Of a stretch of DNA of 64,000 bases, positions 9,391-18,839 are shown piece after piece (position 1 is the first letter of the stretch; each line of letters starts with the position of its first letter). The translations under genes and the position numbers were made by a program. The DNA is from Acidobacteriota bacterium. GTDB taxonomy: Bacteria > Acidobacteriota > UBA6911 > RPQK01 > JADFOI01. The notes below the pieces were generated by a model. The model worked only from the letters and a program-made list of their open reading frames with translations, made no database searches and had not been told where the DNA came from. Location: NCBI GenBank assembly GCA_963663035.1, contig OY760074.1:2880001-2944000 (forward strand), in the 5' to 3' direction.

Positions 9391-10382
9391 CAAGAATGCT
9401 CGGTCCTTTCGTCCACTGGATAGATCCCGTGCTGGTCGATCTTGGTGGTCTCTACCTCTGGTGGTACGGCCTCGGCTTCGCCCTCGGATTCCTCCACCTC
9501 CATCTCTTCCTGCGGCAGCGGCGCGCCCGTCTCGGGTTGACGCTTCGCGAGGTCTACACCCTCACTCTCTTCCTGGTGATGGGGATGCTCGTTGGCGGCC
9601 GCCTCATCGAAGTGGCATTCGACGAGTGGCCATTCTACCGCCACAATCTCAGGTTAATACCAGCCTATTTGCTCGGCGGCATGGCCACCCACGGATTGAT
9701 GCTGGGCGCGGCTGCGGCTGTAGTCGCCTTCGCCCTTGCCTACAAGAAGTCGTTCCTCGCCCTCGCCGACGAGCTCGTCATCCCGGGGGCTTTTCTGATG
9801 GGAATCGGCCGCATTGGCAACTTGATCGATGGCCTGATCGTGGGCAGCGTGACCGACGTATGGTGGGCTGTGAAGTTCCCGGATGCCGAAGGGTTTCGAC
9901 ATCCGGTCGTTCTCTACGACGGCGTCAAGAACCTCCTGTTGATGCTGTTTCTCCTCAGGGTTCGAAAGACCAATCCAACTCCGGGGGCTACCGCGGCTCG
10001 ATTCGTGTTCTGGTACGCCTTCCTGCGGATCTTCATCGATCTCTTCCGTGACTACCCGACCCATCGACTCGCTCTCGGCACCGGCCAAACCCTGAACATC
10101 ATCATGGCTCTGTTCGGGATCGTTCTCTTGATCCGGTCGCGCCTGCGGCGGCTGGGACGTCTGGCGGGCGGCCGGGCCCCTGCGGCCGGGCGACAGGCCG
10201 CACCTCACGATCAGTCACCGCTTGTGGCTCAGCAGTTGGCGCTGATCGGCATTCTCCTGTTCTGTCTGACCATTCCTAGCAACTGGACTCAGGATATTCC
10301 CGCCCGATACGGCGCACGGCACCCGGGGCTGCAGCACTCGTGGTTGTATCCTCAGATCGACACGATGCCGCGGGCGCCTTGA
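9387..10382 (+). CDS. lgt: Prolipoprotein diacylglyceryl transferase family, divergent, with C-terminal extension
   Basis: WYG, GGRL, GGMATHG, GRIGNLIDG, RHPVVLYD. Confidence 0.82.
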   Translation: MTRMLGPFVHWIDPVLVDLGGLYLWWYGLGFALGFLHLHLFLRQRRARLGLTLREVYTLTLFLVMGMLVGGRLIEVAFDEWPFYRHNLRLIPAYLLGGMATHGLMLGAAAAVVAFALAYKKSFLALADELVIPGAFLMGIGRIGNLIDGLIVGSVTDVWWAVKFPDAEGFRHPVVLYDGVKNLLLMLFLLRVRKTNPTPGATAARFVFWYAFLRIFIDLFRDYPTHRLALGTGQTLNIIMALFGIVLLIRSRLRRLGRLAGGRAPAAGRQAAPHDQSPLVAQQLALIGILLFCLTIPSNWTQDIPARYGARHPGLQHSWLYPQIDTMPRAP

Positions 10383-10421
10383 CCTTATTGCCGTGTTAGG
10401 CGGCGGAGTCAACTTGTCCGA

Positions 10422-10583
10422 TCACCCGAGATACTGTCGTGCAATCCAGCGGCCAAAATACACGCCACCCGCGGTTCCCACGACGCTAAGGAGGAACGCG
10501 GTCATCACACCCACCAGGCCACCGAGCCACCAACCCAACCAACTCCCGACGATGGCGCCGAAAAATACCAAAAGTTTCGACAT
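10422..10583 (-). CDS. 53-aa Gly-rich two-helix membrane protein (absent from ORF track)
   Basis: MSKLLVFFGAIVGSWLGWWLGGLVGVMTAFLLSVVGTAGGVYFGRWIARQYLG*. Confidence 0.7.
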   Translation of the reverse strand: MSKLLVFFGAIVGSWLGWWLGGLVGVMTAFLLSVVGTAGGVYFGRWIARQYLG

Positions 10584-10715
10584 ATCTTACGGCCGCTACG
10601 GTTCGCTTCAAGCAGTCTTGATGGCATTGTTATACGCCTCAGGTGAACGGGAATCAATGACAACGATGTTTTCCACCGCATACAATGACTAAAATGACCA
10701 GCTGGGAGGAATGAG

Positions 10716-12260
10716 ATGACACCAAGAGAGATTCCCGAGGGAACAGTACAGCCGATGGATGAGCATAACCAGACTTTGGTTTCCAACACTCACCCTCCCG
10801 ATTGGGTCAATCCGGAACCTGCCGGTCGCTACAATCTGGTGGTCATCGGAGCAGGTACGGCAGGCCTGGTGACGGCGGCGGGTGCGGCAGGCTTAGGGGC
10901 CAAAGTGGCCTTGATTGAGAAACACCTTTTGGGAGGCGATTGTTTAAATGTGGGATGTGTGCCCTCCAAGTCCTTGATTCGATCTTCCCGCGCTTATGCT
11001 GATGTTCGGGATGCACACGAGTTTGGAGTACGCGTCCCGGATGGAGTCGAGGTGGACTTTCCCGCCGTCATGGAGCGGATGAGGCGCCTGCGTTCCAGGA
11101 TCAGTCATCACGATTCTGCCCAGCGCTTCCAGCAGCTGGGAGTAGACGTGTTCCTGGGGGAAGGCCGCTTCAAGGATTCCGGCACGATAGAAGTAGAGGG
11201 TCAAACGCTACGCTTCAAGAAGGCCGTCCTGGCAACCGGGGCCCGCGCTGCAGCGCCTCCTATCCCAGGTTTGGCAGAAGCCGGATATCTGACCAATGAG
11301 ACCATCTTTTCACTGACCGAACTGCCCAGACGCCTGGCCGTGATCGGCGCCGGACCCATTGGCTGCGAACTCGCTCAGGCCTTTCGTCGCTTCGGTTCGG
11401 AGGTCTCCATTCTGGAAATGCACCCTCAAATCTTAACGCGCGAGGATCAAGACGCCGCTGGGATCGTCCAGCGATCGTTTCTTCGAGATGGGGTAAACCT
11501 GGTTTTAGGGTGCAAGATTCTAGGGGTGGAACAGAAGAACTCAGACAAGGTCATTCAATTGGAATGCGAGGGGGAGTGCAGGGACCTTCCCGTAGACGAG
11601 ATTCTGGTTGGGGTTGGCCGAGCGCCCAACGTAGAGGGTCTCAATCTGGAGGCGGTCGGAGTGAATTATGACCAGAGAAATGGGGTCCAGGTCAACGACT
11701 ATCTCCAGACCTCCAACCCTCGCATCTATGCTGCCGGAGACATCTGTTTCCCCTACAAGTTCACCCATACGGCCGACGCCCTGGCCCGGATCGTCATCCA
11801 GAACACTCTCTTCAGCATCCTTTTCCTGGGCCGAAAGAAAGCCAGCGCCCTCACCATTCCCTGGTGTACCTACACAGATCCCGAAATTGCCCACGTGGGA
11901 ATGTACGAAAAGGACGCTCTGGCCAAAGGCATCGCGGTCGACACCTTCCTGAAACCCTTAAAGGAAATGGACCGCGCTATTCTAGACGGAGAGGAGGAGG
12001 GATGGGTCAAGATCCATGTCAGGAAAGGCACGGACAAGATTCTGGGGGCCACCATGGTGGCCCGTCACGCGGGAGAGATGATCAGTGAGATTACCCTGGC
12101 CATGGTGGCCAACACCGGTTTAGGAACTCTCGCTGGTGTCATCCATCCCTATCCCACACAGGCCGAAGCCATCAAACAGGCGGGAGATAACTATAACCGT
12201 ACTCGCCTCACGCCCCTGGTCAAGAGGGTCTTCTCTCGATGGTTGGCCTGGAGGCGCTAG
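10716..12260 (+). CDS. Class I pyridine nucleotide-disulfide oxidoreductase (MerA/LpdA-like, no C-terminal CC)
   Basis: GAGTAG, GGDCLNVGCVPSK, GAGPIGCE, HPYPTQAE. Confidence 0.92.
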   Translation: MTPREIPEGTVQPMDEHNQTLVSNTHPPDWVNPEPAGRYNLVVIGAGTAGLVTAAGAAGLGAKVALIEKHLLGGDCLNVGCVPSKSLIRSSRAYADVRDAHEFGVRVPDGVEVDFPAVMERMRRLRSRISHHDSAQRFQQLGVDVFLGEGRFKDSGTIEVEGQTLRFKKAVLATGARAAAPPIPGLAEAGYLTNETIFSLTELPRRLAVIGAGPIGCELAQAFRRFGSEVSILEMHPQILTREDQDAAGIVQRSFLRDGVNLVLGCKILGVEQKNSDKVIQLECEGECRDLPVDEILVGVGRAPNVEGLNLEAVGVNYDQRNGVQVNDYLQTSNPRIYAAGDICFPYKFTHTADALARIVIQNTLFSILFLGRKKASALTIPWCTYTDPEIAHVGMYEKDALAKGIAVDTFLKPLKEMDRAILDGEEEGWVKIHVRKGTDKILGATMVARHAGEMISEITLAMVANTGLGTLAGVIHPYPTQAEAIKQAGDNYNRTRLTPLVKRVFSRWLAWRR

Positions 12261-12342
12261 GCTTGGAAAGGTTGGCTCATTCGCCGCACTGAGGCGGCTC
12301 CCACATTCTGGTCCTTGCTGTTCCGGGTCCTTGCTGTGAGGC

Positions 12343-13728
12343 TCACTCAAGGGGCTCGAGGTCACCCAACATGGTGGGGATCAGTTCCGTGACGGTGGGG
12401 TGAATGTGCACGGCCCGCTGGATCACCGTGTAGGGTGCCCGGGCATACATCACATCCAGGATGGAATGGATGATCTCGTCCCCTCCGATGCCCAGGATGG
12501 CTGCTCCCAGAATCTCCTTGGTCTCAGCATCCACCAGAACTTTCATCAACCCCTGAGTTTCGCCTTTTTCCACCGCTCGGGAAACGCGCGTCATGGGCCT
12601 GGTAGCCATCAGAGCCTTTCGCCCCGATTGCCTCACCTGGGTTTCCGTCATCCCCACCCGCCCCAGCGGGGGATCGATATACAAGGCGTAGGCCAGAATG
12701 CGATCGCTGACTCGTCGAGGGTCATCATCCAGCAGATTGGCGACGACGATCTCGTAGTCGTTATAGGAGGTGTGGGTGAAGGCGCCCTTCCCATTGCAAT
12801 CGCCTACAGCCCAGACGCCGGGAACATTGGTGCGGAGTTGGTCGTCCACCGCGATGTAGCCCCGTTTATCCACCTCGATACCCGCCTTTTCCAAACCCAG
12901 ATCATCGGTGTTGGGCTGGCGTCCCACCGCCAGCAGTAAGTGTGAACCTCTCACCTCGCGGGCACCCCTTTCACAATCGAGATTGACCAGGACTCCATCT
13001 CCATCTTTTGTTCCATCGATACAGTCGGCCTCCAGCCGGATCTCAATCCCCTCCTTTTCCAGGATCTCCTGGGTGGCTGCAGAGATGTCTTCATCTTCGT
13101 GTACGATCAAGCGAGAGGCCCTCTCGACAATGGTGACGCGGCTGCCAAATCGTCGGTACATTTGGCCAAACTCCAAGCCGATATAGCTTCCGCCGATAAT
13201 GACCAGATGTTCGGGGAGAAAGTCCACCTCCATGATGCTGGAGCTGGTCAGGTAGTCCACGCTTTCGATGTTCGAAAACGGAGGAACGAAGGCCCGCCCT
13301 CCCACGTTGATAAAGATCTTGTCCGCCTCCAGTCTTTCCTCACCAACGCTGATGATGTGGGGATCCTCGAATCGCCCATGCCCCTCATACACGGTGGTGT
13401 TGTCCAGCTTTTTCATCCAACCTTCGACACCCTGGTTGGACTTGGCCACCACACCATCCTTGCGTTCCTTGACCCGCTTCATGTCCACGGAGGGAGAGCT
13501 ACCCGTGATGACACCGAACTCCTCACCACGCCCGGCCACATAAGCGGCGCGGGCACTGGCCACCAGGGTCTTGGTGGGGATGCAGCCAGTGTTCACACAG
13601 GTGCCTCCAAAGAGTTTCCGCTCAATGACCGCTACCTTCATCCCCTCTTTAGACAGCCTGGCTGCTAGGGATGGCCCAGCCTGCCCGGTCCCAATCACGA
13701 TGGCATCATATTTTTTTGTCACACACAC
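12343..13728 (-). CDS. Class I FAD-containing disulfide oxidoreductase (MerA/RclA-like)
   Basis: GTGQAG, GGTCVNTGCIPTK, GGSYIGLE, HIHPTVTE. Confidence 0.92.
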   Translation of the reverse strand: MCVTKKYDAIVIGTGQAGPSLAARLSKEGMKVAVIERKLFGGTCVNTGCIPTKTLVASARAAYVAGRGEEFGVITGSSPSVDMKRVKERKDGVVAKSNQGVEGWMKKLDNTTVYEGHGRFEDPHIISVGEERLEADKIFINVGGRAFVPPFSNIESVDYLTSSSIMEVDFLPEHLVIIGGSYIGLEFGQMYRRFGSRVTIVERASRLIVHEDEDISAATQEILEKEGIEIRLEADCIDGTKDGDGVLVNLDCERGAREVRGSHLLLAVGRQPNTDDLGLEKAGIEVDKRGYIAVDDQLRTNVPGVWAVGDCNGKGAFTHTSYNDYEIVVANLLDDDPRRVSDRILAYALYIDPPLGRVGMTETQVRQSGRKALMATRPMTRVSRAVEKGETQGLMKVLVDAETKEILGAAILGIGGDEIIHSILDVMYARAPYTVIQRAVHIHPTVTELIPTMLGDLEPLE

Positions 13729-14727
13729 CTACCTCGGGAGATCGAGAGCTGCGCAGTGGGCAGCTCCATAAAGCGCTGTCTTTGGATTGAGAATGACTCG
13801 AATGGGAATGGCCTCCATCAGCCCGGAGAGTCGCCCCTTCTCACGGAAGCTCTTGGTGAAGGTCCCGTCGCGCAGCTTGCTGATAATGTTGGGAGCAATT
13901 CCACCACCGACGTACAGGCCACCCACTGCCTTGGCCTTGAGCGCAAGGTTGCCCGCTTCTGCTCCGTAAATGGAAACGAACAGATCCAGCGCCTTGACGC
14001 ACAGGTCGCTTTTACCCTCTATCGCCGCCCTCGAGACGGTGATGCCAGGATCGTCCTGCTCTATCTTTTCCCTCAGCCAGCTGGCCTCCTCGCCGTAGCC
14101 CGAGTCTCTCAGAAAGCAGTAGATGTTAAACAGGCCCTGGCCCGAGAGAACTCGCTCGTAACTCACATGCAGGTAGCTCTTCAGCAAATAGCGTAAAAGC
14201 TCGATCTCCAGTTCATTGCGGGGGGCAAAGTCAGCGTGACCACCTTCGGAAGCAATGGGCTTGAAGATCTCCCCTTCCCGGTAGAGCAAGGCCTCCCCCA
14301 GACCGGTGCCAGCCGAAATCAGAGCCCCGTTTCCATCCGGTTGTGAGGACCCTTCCTGCAGTGTCTCCAACTCATCTTCGGCCAGCAACTGAATGCCGTA
14401 GCCATTGGCCTCCAGATCGTTGATTAAATGAACATTCTGGAAGCCAACAGTTTCCCTGATGGCCTCCGCTCGAATGGTCCATGGCAGGTTGGGGGTTTTG
14501 GAACACTCCCCGACCACTGGGCCGGCCACTCCAAAACAGGCCGCCACAATCGGTTCCCCCCGGATCTCGTCCGCCTTGTCAGCCAGGAATTCCCGCAGGA
14601 CCTCTTCCAGTCCCGAGAACTCATCGCTTTGATAGGTCTCCTCTATGAGGAGTTTCGGCTGCCCAGCCTCAACGGCAACCAACCCTACATGGCTTTTGGT
14701 TCCACCAATATCACCGGCCAAGATCAT
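13729..14727 (-). CDS. glk: Glucokinase
   Basis: LAGDIGGT, INDLEA, AGTGLG, SEGGH, GGGIAP. Confidence 0.95.
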   Translation of the reverse strand: MILAGDIGGTKSHVGLVAVEAGQPKLLIEETYQSDEFSGLEEVLREFLADKADEIRGEPIVAACFGVAGPVVGECSKTPNLPWTIRAEAIRETVGFQNVHLINDLEANGYGIQLLAEDELETLQEGSSQPDGNGALISAGTGLGEALLYREGEIFKPIASEGGHADFAPRNELEIELLRYLLKSYLHVSYERVLSGQGLFNIYCFLRDSGYGEEASWLREKIEQDDPGITVSRAAIEGKSDLCVKALDLFVSIYGAEAGNLALKAKAVGGLYVGGGIAPNIISKLRDGTFTKSFREKGRLSGLMEAIPIRVILNPKTALYGAAHCAALDLPR

Positions 14728-15850
14728 TGCTGTCCAACCACCTCAGCGCTTGCTCATAGACCTTATCATGGCCGAGTATCTCCATTTCCCTGCTGACAAG
14801 CTGCGCTTCATCTTCGTCCTGGAAGCGGATGACCCTTGCCACCTCCTGTTTCCCCTCCAACGTCACATGACTCTCCAGGTGTTCGCCGGCGGAAGCGATG
14901 AAGGCGGAAAATCGAGCCGATGGCTCGTTCTCCACCAGAAGCTGAAGCGAGTTCAAACCATGGCCAGAGCCACTGGCAGCTGAGGTGATCTTGATCTGAA
15001 TCATGACTGTTCGATCCTGGGCCTTCAACTCCCACTGATAGGTATGCTCATCGATCCAGCGCGGTTTTGCGGTGGATCTCCATTTCAAACGACTGGCCAG
15101 CCAGGCTGCCATAAGCAGACTCTGGGCAGGAATGGAGTTTTCATTGGAGCCCCGGGCCGAAGACTCAATCTGTACACGGTCGAGCCGGGCCAGGTAGGGC
15201 CGGCAGTCCAGAGCGTCAAAGAATCCTGCCACCAATACCCGCCAGGGGGTAAGGCGGCACCAGCTCAGGTCGCTGAAGGCCGACACTTGAGCCCTTTTTT
15301 CGATCAGGGTGAGCAGAGTCCGCAATCCCTCTTTGGCATCCGGCAACCCGGCCGAGTCAATGATCACACGGTCACAGCTTTCAACCAGCCCAGTGAAGGT
15401 TTCCGCCTGGAAGTCGAGTAAATCACGCCACCACAAAAAGACCGGGAGATCCGGAATCACCAGCGATCTGACCAGAGAGGGCAAATGGCCAGTCTCCTGA
15501 CCAGCAGCTTGAATGACAATTTGCTCACAGCAAATCTGTTTCTGGCCACGCCCGGAGGGATGACACTGGGCAGTCACCATGGCATTGAGGAAGGGCTCCG
15601 AAGAATCAGGTTCCGAGAGTAAGACAATGGCGCGGCTGGGATGTTCGTCCGTCACCTGAGCCATGATCTGGCTGATCTCTCCGGTGCTGTCCTGGCCAGG
15701 GCTGTACACCACCAGATTGGCGACGCAGGCTCGCATGACGGCCTGCTGATCCTCCCCCCCTGAGGACACCTCCGTCATCTGTTCCCACAGTTCGTTTAGC
15801 TCATGCTCCAGGGTTGGCACATCCACGACTCTTTGGGGTAGCTTGCTCAT
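14711..15850 (-). CDS. opcA: G6PD assembly protein OpcA
   Basis: HPSRAI, CCEQI, PDLPVFLWW, DLSWCRLTPWR; follows zwf. Confidence 0.9.
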   Translation of the reverse strand: MSKLPQRVVDVPTLEHELNELWEQMTEVSSGGEDQQAVMRACVANLVVYSPGQDSTGEISQIMAQVTDEHPSRAIVLLSEPDSSEPFLNAMVTAQCHPSGRGQKQICCEQIVIQAAGQETGHLPSLVRSLVIPDLPVFLWWRDLLDFQAETFTGLVESCDRVIIDSAGLPDAKEGLRTLLTLIEKRAQVSAFSDLSWCRLTPWRVLVAGFFDALDCRPYLARLDRVQIESSARGSNENSIPAQSLLMAAWLASRLKWRSTAKPRWIDEHTYQWELKAQDRTVMIQIKITSAASGSGHGLNSLQLLVENEPSARFSAFIASAGEHLESHVTLEGKQEVARVIRFQDEDEAQLVSREMEILGHDKVYEQALRWLDSNDLGR

Positions 15851-17361
15851 AGCCGTCTCCAGCGCCGTCCTTCCCGCTGCATGAATTCATCACCTTCTGT
15901 GGGTCCCCAGCTCCCCGCTTCGTAGTTCGGGAAGTTATCTGCTGGCTTCTGCCAGGCGTCAAAGACAGGCATCAACAGCTTCCAGGCAGCCTCTACCATG
16001 TCCCCTCTTGCAAAGAGAGTCGAGTCTCCCAACATGGCATCCAGAAGAAGTCTCTCATAGGCATCGGCGGATTTCTTTCCAAAAGAAGTCCCATAGCGGA
16101 AATCCATATTGACGGTACGGACTTTTATGGCCTGGCCCGGAAGCTTGGCACCAAACCTCAGGGTAATGCCGGCATCGGGTTGGATGCGCAGGGTAAGGGA
16201 ATTGGGCTGCAAGGGCTCGCTGTCTTTGAAGAGGAGATGGGGCACCGCCCGGAACTGGACGGCGACTTCGGTGACTCGCTTGGGCAAGCACTTGGCAGAA
16301 CGGAGGTAAAAGGGCACATCGGCCCAGCGCCAGTTGTCCACCAGCAGCTTAATGGCGGCGTAGGTCTCCGTGCTGGAATCAGGCCTGACGTCCTTCTCTT
16401 GGCGGTAGCCTTCGACGGCCAGTCCGTTCACCGCGCCCGCCCCGTATTGGCCGCGAACTGCGAACTGATCGATGTCCTCTGATGCGAAGGGTCGGATGGC
16501 ACGCATCACTTTGGTCTTCTCGTCCCGTACGGCGTTCGCCTCCAGGGAAGCTGGAGGCTCCATGGCCACCAGGGCAAGAATCTGAAACAGGTGGTTCTGG
16601 ATCATGTCCCGCAGAACTCCGATCTGGTCATAGTATCCTCCACGGCCTTCCACTCCCAGAGTCTCAGCGGCCGTGATTTGCACATGTTCGATATAGCGTC
16701 GGCTCCAGAGCGGTTCAAAAATCCCATTAGCGAAGCGAAGCACCAAGATGTTTTGAACCGTTTCCTTCCCCAGGTAGTGATCGATGCGGTACACCTGATC
16801 CTCCCTGAACACCTCCAGAACCTCTTTGTTGAGTGCCTGCATGCTTTCCAGGTCGTGCCCAAATGGCTTTTCGATAATGACACGGCTCCAGCCACTGGAG
16901 CGGGTCAGGCCAAGGGAGCCCAGTTGTTGGGTGATGGGAGCAAAGAGGCTGGGAGGGGTTGAAAAGTAAAACAGCCGGTTTCCGGAAGTTCCACGTTCCT
17001 GCTCGATCTGGGTGAGCAGCTTACCGAGGCTTTTGAAGCTCTCCTGATCATTGACATCGGTAGGGATGTAAAACATCCCGGCTGCGCAATTCTCCCAGAC
17101 GCTCTTATCCACGGCACCCCCATCCAGGAACTGCTGGACGGCCTCCCCCATTCTGACCCGAAAGTCTTCGCTGCTCATGGTGGTACGGCCGGACCCCACA
17201 ACGGAAAACCCGCCGGGCAGAAGATTTTGTTGAGCCAGGCTGTAGAGTGCCGGCACCAGCTTGCGCTTGGTTAAATCGCCCGAAGCTCCAAAAATAACCA
17301 TCGTGCAGGGCTCAGGCGTGTGATCTAGGCGCAAACCCTCCACCAGGGGATTTCCCATCAT
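15847..17361 (-). CDS. zwf: Glucose-6-phosphate 1-dehydrogenase
   Basis: GASGDL, EKPFG, RIDHYLGKE. Confidence 0.97.
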   Translation of the reverse strand: MMGNPLVEGLRLDHTPEPCTMVIFGASGDLTKRKLVPALYSLAQQNLLPGGFSVVGSGRTTMSSEDFRVRMGEAVQQFLDGGAVDKSVWENCAAGMFYIPTDVNDQESFKSLGKLLTQIEQERGTSGNRLFYFSTPPSLFAPITQQLGSLGLTRSSGWSRVIIEKPFGHDLESMQALNKEVLEVFREDQVYRIDHYLGKETVQNILVLRFANGIFEPLWSRRYIEHVQITAAETLGVEGRGGYYDQIGVLRDMIQNHLFQILALVAMEPPASLEANAVRDEKTKVMRAIRPFASEDIDQFAVRGQYGAGAVNGLAVEGYRQEKDVRPDSSTETYAAIKLLVDNWRWADVPFYLRSAKCLPKRVTEVAVQFRAVPHLLFKDSEPLQPNSLTLRIQPDAGITLRFGAKLPGQAIKVRTVNMDFRYGTSFGKKSADAYERLLLDAMLGDSTLFARGDMVEAAWKLLMPVFDAWQKPADNFPNYEAGSWGPTEGDEFMQREGRRWRRL

Positions 17362-18824
17362 GATTCCCTCTCGCCATCCGCTGTGATGCTGACCCAGTCC
17401 GTATGGACCCAGCCCAGCTCCGGCTTGTCCAGGCGTTGGTACAGGTGGGAGCCAAAAAAGTCACGCTGAGCCTGGGTCAGATTCTGAGGTAATGCTGCAG
17501 TACGATAGCTATCGAAGTAGGCAAGGCTGGCGGCCATAGCCATCACTGGGATCCCCAGGTCTTGGGCGGTGGAGACCGTCCTTCGCCAGCGCGGTTGGGC
17601 CTCACTCACCCAGGCGCGGAAACTCGGATCCAGGAGTAAATTCTGTAAGTCAGGCTGCCGCTGATAGGCTTGTTTGATGTCATCCAGGAAGCGTGCACGT
17701 ATGATGCAGCCTCCCTTCCAGATGCGGCTCACCTCACCTAAGTTAATCTTCCACTGGTGCTGGTCCGAACCAGCACGAAGAAGAGCATAACCCTGGGAAT
17801 AGGAGCAAATCTTACTGGCATAGAGCGCGTCATGGATGGCGTTAATCATTTCCTCCGGGTCTCCATGGTAGCGCCCATTAGGAGGTCCTGAAATGGCTTG
17901 GCTCGCTTCCTGGCGCTCTTGCCTGAGAGCGGAAAGAAAGCGCGCCTCGATGGCGGCATGAATGGTGGGAATGGCAATGCCGAAGTCCAGGGCAACCTGT
18001 GAGGTCCACTTGCCAGTGCCCTTTTGTCCAGCCTTGTCGAGAATCAGCTCCACCAGCGGCTTGCCACTCTCCTGGTCCATGACGCTGAAAATCTTAGCCG
18101 TAATCTCAATGAGATAGGACTCCATCACTCCCTCATTCCATTGGCCAAAAATATCAGTTAACTGGCTGCTCTCAAGACCCAGTGCATCTCTGAGAAGATG
18201 GTAAGCCTCAGCAATCAGCTGCATATCTCCGTACTCAATCCCGTTGTGAACCATCTTGACAAAGTGACCTGCTCCGTCCGGTCCACAATAGGTCACACAG
18301 GGACCATCATCGACCTGGGCGGCCATCCTTTCGAAAACAGGCCTCAGTTCTTCATAGGCCGCCTGGTCTCCACCGGGCATCATGGAGGGTCCCCAAAGTG
18401 CTCCCATCTCGCCTCCTGACACCCCCACCCCAAAAAACTTCAGGCCCTCTCGAGCCAAAGCAGCTTCGCGACGGATGGTATCTGGAAAGTGGGAGTTCCC
18501 GCCGTCAATAATGATGTCGCCCTTCTCCAGGTGAGGCTTTAGTAAATCGATGGTCCAGTCGACCGGGTCGCCAGCCTTGACCATCATCAGAACTCTGCGT
18601 GGTCTCTCTAATGACCGGACAAGATCTTCGATTGAGTGGGTACCACTGATCTGCTTTCCCTGGGCCTTCTTTTGAATGAACTCATCCACCCCTTCCGGCT
18701 TTCGAGTCCACACAGCAATCGGATAACCGTTACGCTCAATATTGAGGGCAAGATTTTGCCCCATCACTCCCAGCCCTAGCAGTCCAAACTTGGCTAGGCC
18801 GTTCGGTGCCTCTGCCTTTGACAT
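17358..18824 (-). CDS. gnd: NADP-dependent 6-phosphogluconate dehydrogenase
   Basis: GLGVMG, DGGNS, KMVHNGIEYG, QKGTG, QAQRDFFG. Confidence 0.97.
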   Translation of the reverse strand: MSKAEAPNGLAKFGLLGLGVMGQNLALNIERNGYPIAVWTRKPEGVDEFIQKKAQGKQISGTHSIEDLVRSLERPRRVLMMVKAGDPVDWTIDLLKPHLEKGDIIIDGGNSHFPDTIRREAALAREGLKFFGVGVSGGEMGALWGPSMMPGGDQAAYEELRPVFERMAAQVDDGPCVTYCGPDGAGHFVKMVHNGIEYGDMQLIAEAYHLLRDALGLESSQLTDIFGQWNEGVMESYLIEITAKIFSVMDQESGKPLVELILDKAGQKGTGKWTSQVALDFGIAIPTIHAAIEARFLSALRQERQEASQAISGPPNGRYHGDPEEMINAIHDALYASKICSYSQGYALLRAGSDQHQWKINLGEVSRIWKGGCIIRARFLDDIKQAYQRQPDLQNLLLDPSFRAWVSEAQPRWRRTVSTAQDLGIPVMAMAASLAYFDSYRTAALPQNLTQAQRDFFGSHLYQRLDKPELGWVHTDWVSITADGERES

Positions 18825-18839
18825 TTCATGGCCTCCTTA

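Noticed and set aside
10716-13728. Mercury resistance (merA) locus
   Set aside because: No C-terminal Cys-Cys, no NmerA domain, no merR/T/P
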